This document shows positions 57,262 through 64,000 of a stretch of DNA of 64,000 nt, one piece after another (the first letter of the stretch is position 1; every line of letters starts with the position of its first letter). The stretch is from NCBI GenBank assembly GCA_963693365.1, contig CAVNZM010000015.1, forward strand, positions 682,001 to 746,000. Direction: 5' to 3'. This DNA is from Amoebidium appalachense. Its lineage: Eukaryota > Protista > Ichthyosporea. Position numbers and translations under genes: made by a program. The notes under the pieces were generated by a model, which did no database searches, was not told the DNA's origin, and saw nothing but the letters and a program-made list of their open reading frames with translations.

Positions 57262-59139
57262 TGGGGAAGGAGGGATGGGGGGGGGGGATACGAGTTAATG
57301 CTTGCGTGATTACGAAACACCTTTTAGGAATACTGTCTGCACATACAATGCACCATGCACACAAACGTGGCAGTGCTCGACTTGCATCACAGATCTAAGT
57401 ATCGAGAATAGATGACAAGTAACCTAGGCGAGGTGATGAAAATTAGTAAATGTCAAGGCGAGAGGCGGAAATGGGAGCAGGGAGGGAAATGGAGGTTGTA
57501 AAGAGTGAGGATGATGCCAGTCTTTAAATAGATTATTACCTTTAGTGGTTTGGATAACCAGGTTCAAGGTCTTTGTCACCGAAGGTGCAATGAAGATAGG
57601 AGTTCAATCTTTGTCGGCTCAATCAAAAAATATTCTGTGGGGATCTCAGGGCGAACAGTGTAAGTTCCAGTCAGAGCCTCGAATGAGTATTCACCGTTTG
57701 CATCAGTGAACGTCTCACCAACAACCTGATTGTTCGAGTCAAGCAACTGCATCTTCATGCGGGGAGGAGGGACGGGGTTGTCTGTCGCCTTGTTGCAAAT
57801 TACCGCCTTTCCCTTGATACATCCCGTGGGTGGGGCACCAAACACCTTAACATCGCACAGTGTCATGCTTCCAAAGGGGCGCGTAATGCGAATTACTTTT
57901 CCCTGTGTGTTTGGCCCACAGTTGATTTCGAAGAATGTGTCGCAGCGTCTTCTGGAGTTGGATGCACAGGTGGGGCGGTGCCAGTAGGTAACACTGCAGG
58001 CCTTTCCGTAAACGGTGGCCTGAGGGGCAAAAAAAAAAAAAAAGGCTGAGAAGTTTTCTTCTTCCTTTAAGAACTTCGTGCAAGGATTGGATGACTATTC
58101 TCCCTATTAATTTTTTCCAAATTACTGTTTTTTCCAAAAAAAAAGTGCTTGTATATTCTCCCTGTCATTTTTTTCTAACACCCGAGGTCTGCCTGCCTAC
58201 TCATACTCATTCTTCCCTCTTCATCATGACTCTCGCTCAGCCAAGGTTACCCTTTTCCGCAACCCCCTTTGCCCCCTTTCCCCTCCTGACCAATCCTGTT
58301 TATGTTTCGTCTCCTTCTTACCAATCCTGTTTATGTTTCGTCTCCTTATCCACCGGCTTACATATCAGAAATTGTGTGTGTGCGTGTTTGTGTGTGTGTG
58401 TGTGTGTGTGCGCGAGCGCTCGCGCGCGTGTGTGTGTAGGTGAATGTGTACATGTGTGTGACACTGTGCTGTTTGTGGATATTATGTGTGTGGGTGTGTC
58501 CTTGTGTGCAAATGTGTGCGTGTGTGTGTGTGCGTGCACACATTTTGTGTGTGTGTGTGGTGGTAGGAAAGGGGTTATTAATATTACCTTCAGACCCTCC
58601 CGCTCGTCCTAGTATGGGGACCACTGGTACCACGCCGCACACGTAATAGCACCAGGGAAAGTGTTTAAAACATCAGTAGCGCCATTATCAGAAATTCGAC
58701 TCCTGTCAATGATGTAATCGCGTCCGAGATCCACCTCCCAGTAACTTAGGCATCATATTGATCATGTTATTAACAATGCGGGTGCATGTGGAAGTGACAC
58801 CATCAATCGCCTGGGCTCCAAATCCGTTGTCGGACTGCTTCGTTTTCAGGTTGGGCGTGATGAGGTTGGGATTTTGCTTGGGGAGATCTGTGGTGGGAAC
58901 AGGAGCGGGGGTTATTATCGACATGTGTGTGTTTGGACGAAACAACTTACATTTATAAAAATAAGATACAAAATGATTAAGTCCAGTTGTGCACTGGCAG
59001 GTCTTACTCTGTAGGAAGGGTGGGGAAAAAGAAACAAGCAGACAAGCCAAACAAAACAAAACAAAACAACAACAACACCAACAACAACAAAAAGAGAGAG
59101 AGAGAAAAAAAAAAAACAGCACATGAGCAAACTTCGCAG

Positions 59140-59179
<40 letters not shown>

Positions 59180-59285
59180 CGGGGAGGGGGGTGGCACGCA
59201 CCAGGAACAGCGTCAACCTCGACCTCGCAAATCTCCATAGACCCCACCACGTCTCCTGGATGCGAACAGTCGAGCCCACAACCAA
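51888..59285 (-). pseudogene. Decayed extracellular protein: F-type-lectin (discoidin-fold) domains followed by several SdrD-B/CnaB-like beta-sandwich repeats
   Basis: Exons ~59285-59203 (GSTVRI../..GSMEICEVEV), ~58888-58588 (QS..AQAIDG..CT../YWEVDLGRDYII), 58019-57539 (GKVIRI..MTLCDVKVFG; QLLDSNNQVVGETFTDANGEYSF..GTYTV), 57097-56805, ~56528-56209, 55823-~55570, 54198-53885 (INGYVFTDPNGNNKRDAGE..LLDSTGKVV..TGPDGKYTF..PGHY), ~52490-51888. Frameshifts in at least four exons and an in-frame TAG at 54014-54016; the 5' end is replaced by retroelements. Confidence 0.8.
52700..53713. mobile_element. Fold-back element with internally repetitive inverted arms, inside an intron
   Basis: Three forward ~190-bp units (52700-53230) and two reverse-complement units (53275-53713); nine copies of GGATCGACTGAAAGGAGAC (one with a mismatch). 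Flanked by a 35-bp direct repeat at 52635-52669 and 53714-53748 (34/35 identical). Confidence 0.75.
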
Positions 59286-59803
59286 ACGGTTGGGCCCGGC
59301 CAAACCCACACCGACGGACGACACCGGGGGAAGTTCTAAGGCTTGGTACCATGACAGCCAGTCAGGCACTCGGATTCGGTGGTAGAAATTGAAAAATCAT
59401 ACTTGGCCACCACCAAAACGGACTCCTTAGGGATGACGAGGCTGCACAGATCTGCCGGGCTGGGAAACTTGGGATTAGGGGAATCGATCATCACTGCATT
59501 CATGGGGCGGGCATCCATTATCAAACGGTCTTCCTTCTCATCTTTCTCCACTGCAAACAACCCATTGATTACTTTGGGGGGCTCAGACAACTCCGAAAAA
59601 GCAACAATACCACATTCAAACATACGCTTGGCCAAACTCGGCCACTCAGCTGGTGATGCAAACGCGAAGACAGGACGCCCGGACGTGGGGTGGACTCCCT
59701 CGGCACCCTCAGTGGTACTCTCGATCGTCGGCACCCCCCCACACCCGCTGACTCCGTGACAGGCCGGCTCCGTGGATATTGTGGGGTCACTCACACCCGA
59801 CAG
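59285..59803 (-). mobile_element. Reverse-transcriptase fragment of a DIRS/Ngaro-like (tyrosine-recombinase) retrotransposon
   Basis: INGLFAVEKDEKEDRLIMDARPMN...VAKYDFS then, after a 1-nt frameshift at ~59389, FYHRIRVPDWLSWYQALELPP. These match the F.V.K..R.I.D.R..N and D...F/Y motifs at the start of such RT domains. Truncated before the LP.G and YxDD motifs. Confidence 0.7.
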
Positions 59804-60226
59804 TGTTGGATTTTGTCCTGGTGCAGAGACTAGCGATCTTGCTAGCCTTGAGATCACAACCTAACCACTGCCGATGGTTGTGATGACGCCAGTAAAGGCG
59901 TGCTGGCTTTTACCTTAGCGAGAAGAGGATGCCAAAAAGATGATCCCGACGGGATTTGAACCCGCGACCCCTCTATCTCCGTTCCAGTGCTCTACAGAGG
60001 TTAAGATCTCGCAGGCCACCAGCCGATCATGATCTGATTCATGCGATCGGACTGGATAACGATACCATCTTCCAACATCCCCACTCAGGAGGAATCGCAG
60101 AATCAGGTTAGGGTGGACTGCCCCCTCAGTCCCCACTGAACCCCTGTTCATGCTAGTACCATGTTGGATTTTGTCTGACATATACTAATCCGTCTCAGCA
60201 GATTAGCCTAAGTCTACGATCGAGAT

Positions 60227-60258
<32 letters not shown>

Positions 60259-60398
60259 GGCCCGGGTCCACAGATCATCAAGATCAAGTCCGAGGCCTCA
60301 AGATAGCTGTCTGGCAGCTGCGTGCATCTTGCCTCTGCCGGCGCAGGGCATTGGACCACGTCAGCCGGGACAGCCGTCCAATAGAATTCTAATTAGTG
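59804..60398 (-). mobile_element. TRIM-like miniature LTR element (partial 5' LTR, PBS, 84-bp interior, PPT, complete 274-bp 3' LTR)
   Basis: On the minus strand: LTR end ..GACAAAATCCAACA (60162), immediately TGGTACTAGCA (PBS-like, 60161-60151), PPT-like GAGTGGGGA (60086-60078), then LTR TGTTGGA...GACAAAATCCAACA (60077-59804). The two LTRs share only the terminal 14 bp exactly. Confidence 0.6.
59941..60008 (-). ncRNA. tRNA-derived sequence (pseudo-tRNA / Pol III promoter) within the LTR
   Basis: GATCTTA..GTAGAGCA..GGGGTCGCGGGTTCAAATCCCGTCGGGATCA has an intact T-arm and B-box and an acceptor stem pairing 6/7, followed by TTTTT (59938-59934). The D-arm and anticodon arm are degenerate, so it is not called a functional tRNA. 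Confidence 0.6.
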
Positions 60399-60909
60399 TG
60401 TAGGATAGATCGTAGGAGGACTTAGGAATGTGATTGTTCGGGCAGAAGCCCTTTTGTAAGTATTGGCAAGGTTTGATAGTATATGTTGCCAAACGTATTT
60501 ATATATTTCGATGTAGAGGAAAGGGGGGAGGGAGGGGGGGGGGGAGGATAGTATGAAATGTAGATTTAGACTCTGCGGTGCCACTAGGGGGAGGGTGAGG
60601 GGTGAGACATGGATAAATATATTAGTTGAGTAGATCGACTTAGCTCGTGCAGGCACACGATAAAAGTAGATCGGAATGTTTGGAATGTGGCATCGTAGGG
60701 GGGCCAGGTGATGATGATCTTTGAGGGCACGGCCTTGATGGCCTCAGTCGTAACTTAGACTCATTCCGTACGGATCTAAGTTTGCCCGTCGGAGCCTGGT
60801 CTGAATAAACTTTACCGTTTTTCCGTACACGTTCGTTCCTTTTCGTGTGTGTACACTTAGTAGAGTGCCGCGTCTCTAGTACACATACATTAGGATACGA
60901 CAAGCTACA
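60399..60909 (+). mobile_element. Putative 5' LTR of the Ty3/gypsy element
   Basis: Termini TGTAG...CTACA are inverted complements; internal TTTATATA (~60498) and AATAAA (~60804); lies 164 bp upstream of gag. The second LTR is outside the window, so this is unconfirmed. Confidence 0.5.
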
Positions 60910-61073
60910 CCTTTCTTTTAGTGCGGTTTTTCGCGCTAGGGTAACGCGGTGACAGTTCCTTCTGGGCTGTTGCTACACCTCAAACACACAGAAAAAAAAA
61001 CAACAAAAAAAAACAAAAAAAAAAACAACAACAACATAAACACAACCACACGAGTTCGGGCACACACCACACA

Positions 61074-62408
61074 ATGGCTAAGTTTAACGTAGACATGTTC
61101 TACGCATTGGCAGCGGAGGATAGCTCCCTGCACACACAGGTACCACAGGTTCATACACTAGACGTTAGACAGACCACTGCTTTCAGTTTTACACTCAAAC
61201 ACGACTCGGAAATACCTAGGTGGCTTAGGACACTCCTAGCTAACACACCCACACTAGTGTTAGACACAAAGAAGGCCCCCACTGTGGCGGCCTCGTGCTT
61301 AATGATCAAGCAGTGCATCGACCACAAAACAATGGCCGACTTATGCACCCTGATGGAGGAGCACCCGTACCGGGCCGAGCAGGCCCCCCAGGTGACGGCT
61401 CGTATATACGAGCAGCAGTACGACGAGGGGAGGGACGAGATGGTGTCCCGGACACTCGGCCAGAAACGTCTGGCCGCACGATTCATCCCCGACGACGAGG
61501 ACGAGAACAGCACCGACGACGTGGACGGGGAGCTCGAGGCCTTCACACGGCCGGAAAACGAGCTCGAGTATACGGCCCGGCTCGTCGGCCGATACCTGAC
61601 GGCCGACCGGCGCCGTACCTTCCGGGCCCAGCTCAGAGAATGGAAGTATACCTTTCCCACTTTAGATATGTCCCCCGTAGAAGCTCGTGCATTCTTTGAG
61701 AGGGAATATCGGGTCTTTGAAGACCTTTGTGAGTTAGCTGGTGACGTGAGTGATAGGGAAAAATTCGAGTTTGCTCGTAAGGCTCTCTCTGTAAACACAG
61801 ACACTGCACGCATGTTTGGGGAGCATGATGATGTAGATGAGGTGGTGTTGCATGTTAAACGTCACTTGCTTGCCATGCACGAGGTGAAGTTCAATAAGAG
61901 GGATAAAAAGGAGGTGATGGAAGTAGACAAGAAAAAGAAGGAGAGTGGACAGAAGGGGGAAAAAGAGAAAAAAGAGGGTGAACAGCCAGATGCACTCACC
62001 ATGTTGGTCAAGCAGGTTGCCGAGCTCTCCCAGGCCGTCTTCTCTGGCCGAGGGGGCTTCGGCTTCCGGGGTGGCCGTGGCGGCGACCGGGGTGGACACG
62101 GCGGTCGTGGCCGAGGTGGACGTGGAGGACAACAGCAGCAGTTCACCGAGAGGTTTGCCCCTTATCTTGCTCGTGGTGGTGGGCAGGGTAGAGGGAGGGG
62201 TGGAAATGGTGGTGAGAGAGGCCGAGGGGGGCAGGGGGGAAGGGGGGGCCGTGGTGCACACGGTGGGCCCCCCCAGCATGACCGGGCTCCCGGTTATGCT
62301 TTGCGCCAAGGTTTTGAAGTCCCCCCTGGCCCCTTCTTTGGTGCATGTTACTTTTGTGGCCGGCAAGGGCACTCTGCTGCATATTGCCGTAGTTACAAGA
62401 GCTATTGA
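61074..62408 (+). CDS. gag: Retrotransposon Gag, 444 aa, with RGG-rich segment and C-terminal CCHC zinc knuckle
   Basis: Intronless ORF; CYFCGRQGHSAAYC fits CX2CX4HX4C; followed by a protease-encoding frame. Confidence 0.9.
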   Translation: MAKFNVDMFYALAAEDSSLHTQVPQVHTLDVRQTTAFSFTLKHDSEIPRWLRTLLANTPTLVLDTKKAPTVAASCLMIKQCIDHKTMADLCTLMEEHPYRAEQAPQVTARIYEQQYDEGRDEMVSRTLGQKRLAARFIPDDEDENSTDDVDGELEAFTRPENELEYTARLVGRYLTADRRRTFRAQLREWKYTFPTLDMSPVEARAFFEREYRVFEDLCELAGDVSDREKFEFARKALSVNTDTARMFGEHDDVDEVVLHVKRHLLAMHEVKFNKRDKKEVMEVDKKKKESGQKGEKEKKEGEQPDALTMLVKQVAELSQAVFSGRGGFGFRGGRGGDRGGHGGRGRGGRGGQQQQFTERFAPYLARGGGQGRGRGGNGGERGRGGQGGRGGRGAHGGPPQHDRAPGYALRQGFEVPPGPFFGACYFCGRQGHSAAYCRSYKSY

Positions 62409-62638
62409 GTTCCGGGGGAGGGGGAAGCTGGGGTCACTGAGGGAGGGGGGGGGGACAGTATCGGTCCCCCCCAGGTTGCAGAGAACCTTCACCCTCCCCC
62501 ACCCCAGGTTAAGCTTCCCTTTGCCCCCTCACCGCCCCGATACGTGTGGGAGCCGGGCATCGTCGTGGGTCCTCAAGACAGCGTCGAGGTGGTATGGCAT
62601 GAATGTTTGTGGGGTGACTCTACCAAAGGTATGAATGA

Positions 62639-64000
62639 TGTGAATGTTTTGTGGTTGGGGGAGGTTCCCCAGCCACAAGTGGATGGTCTCAGTGTTTCTT
62701 GTCCCAATCCGGTGTTTGTTCTAACCACACCGGAGGGGGTTTCTGTGCCATTGTTTCCGGGAGGGGGGGGGGACACACACGAGTAAAGAGGGGAAGGGGG
62801 GGGAAGGCCCAGACACGTAGAAACACACCACCACAACAACATACGACGGTTGCAGACACACCTACACCCACACACACACCCACACATACACCAAACACAC
62901 ACACACCACCCACCCACACATCACACCCACACACTCCACCACCACCCACACCACATACACACCCCACCCCACCCGTGCAGGCACCACAGGTAGGTATGTT
63001 GCACGTAGGTATCGAGGGTGTGAGTCTTCGTGGGCAGGGACTGGGTGTGAGTGATGATGTGTTGCTTGAATTGGAGGAGGATTTAGTTGGTTTTAGCCGG
63101 CATTATATAGACGTATGGTTAGCTGATGGTAAGTTGAAGGCCGTTGCTTTGCTCGATGGAGGGGCTCAGGTTAATTGTGTGCATGCTTCGTTTATTCGTC
63201 GTTTTAATCAGGCCGGGGGGGAAATTCCTATTTTAGATGCTTCTAGCACAGCCTTAGGTAGTGCTAATAATAGTAGTATGTCTGTGGAAGGTGTTTGTGT
63301 GTTGCCGTGTGAGATAGGTGGCCAGGCTATGCATATTGCTTGTTATGTGGTTAAGGATTTAGCTCAAAGTGTTTTGTTGGGAGCCCCATTTTTCCGTAGA
63401 CATGTGAATGCTTTGTTTGAACGTACGAATGTTTTAGAATTGCAGTCCGGCGTTAAAATTAAAACCCATGATGGGCTCGACGGTTATCAGTCTGGTGCTA
63501 GAACGGTAGCTGAAGCAGTAATCGAGCCTTATCAGTGCCAAACGGTACGTGTCCGGGCCGGCAATCATGTTAGGATAGGGGATTTAGGGGTTTTTACTCC
63601 GAAAACCCCATTTCAGGAGGTGGCCCAATGGACCCTTAGTAGGGTATGGCCGGATAAGACAATAGAAATAGAATTAGTGAATCCGGGCATCGAGCCTATA
63701 GTGATTAGGTCAGGTGTTTCCGTCGGTAGTTTCACTAATGAGATTGGTAGTATAGAGGTCTCTCTTATTACCCAAAAGGAGGATGCCGGCTCGAAGGGTG
63801 ACTCAGGAGGAGGGGGAACAACTTTATTTAACGTTAGCCACCAAAATGTCACCCGACACGATGGGGGGGGGGACCGGGACAGCACCGGTCCCACTCCCCC
63901 GACCCCCAAGAGGAAGGAGGGTCACCCCGGGTGTGAGAATGTGCAGGCAGGGGGGGAGGGTGTTGGTCTAACCCGTGGATCTGACGGGTTAACCAACACC
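62639..64000 (+). CDS. pol: Retrotransposon Pol N-terminus (aspartic protease and downstream dUTPase-like beta region), runs off the window
   Basis: The frame is open from 62639 to the window end (absent from the ORF track because it has no stop). It encodes KAVALLDGGAQVNCVHASF (~63137) and YVVKDLAQSVLLGAPFF, then AVIEPYQCQTVRV..IELVNPGIEPIVIRSGVSVG as seen after protease in many Ty3/gypsy elements. RT and integrase are not in the window. Confidence 0.85.

Noticed and set aside
59941-60008. Functional tRNA gene
   Set aside because: The D-arm is shortened and no proper anticodon stem-loop forms; recorded as tRNA-derived.
61151-62634. Overlapping alternative-frame and antisense ORFs across gag
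   Set aside because: Expected by-products of a GC-rich coding sequence; the +1 ORF stops at 62634, before the pol frame opens.

Overview
Intron-rich eukaryotic genomic DNA with GT-AG introns. It is saturated with (CA/TG)n and poly-C/poly-G tracts, which generate nearly all ORFs in the supplied track. The organism cannot be named from sequence alone. Hand-splicing supports the following content. (1) Two tandem paralogues of an unknown minus-strand gene (~1.8-9.7 kb and ~10.8-18.4 kb), both carrying lesions, with a shared E2F-like plus CArG upstream block and a shared putative 28-31 nt micro-intron. (2) Two tandem paralogues of a secreted protein with a C-terminal bulb-type (GNA-like) lectin domain (21.4-23.4 and 25.4-28.1 kb), each followed by an array of palindromic ATATCCAnTGGATAT repeats. 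(3) A SINE-like insertion and a MITE, each confirmed by an empty site in the other paralogue. (4) A weak plus-strand gene fragment with CArG minisatellites. (5) A phase-consistent 14-exon gene for a ~441-aa, probably mitochondrial, protein of unknown family (41.9-49.5 kb). (6) A decayed F-type-lectin plus SdrD-B/CnaB-like adhesin gene (51.9-59.3 kb) with a 1-kb fold-back element in an intron. (7) A nested retroelement stack at that gene's 5' side: a DIRS/Ngaro-like RT fragment, a TRIM-like mini-LTR element with a tRNA-derived sequence in its LTR, and a Ty3/gypsy element whose gag stop is followed by an in-frame open stretch and a strong stem-loop. All gene models are manual and unverified; some frameshifts could be homopolymer assembly errors.
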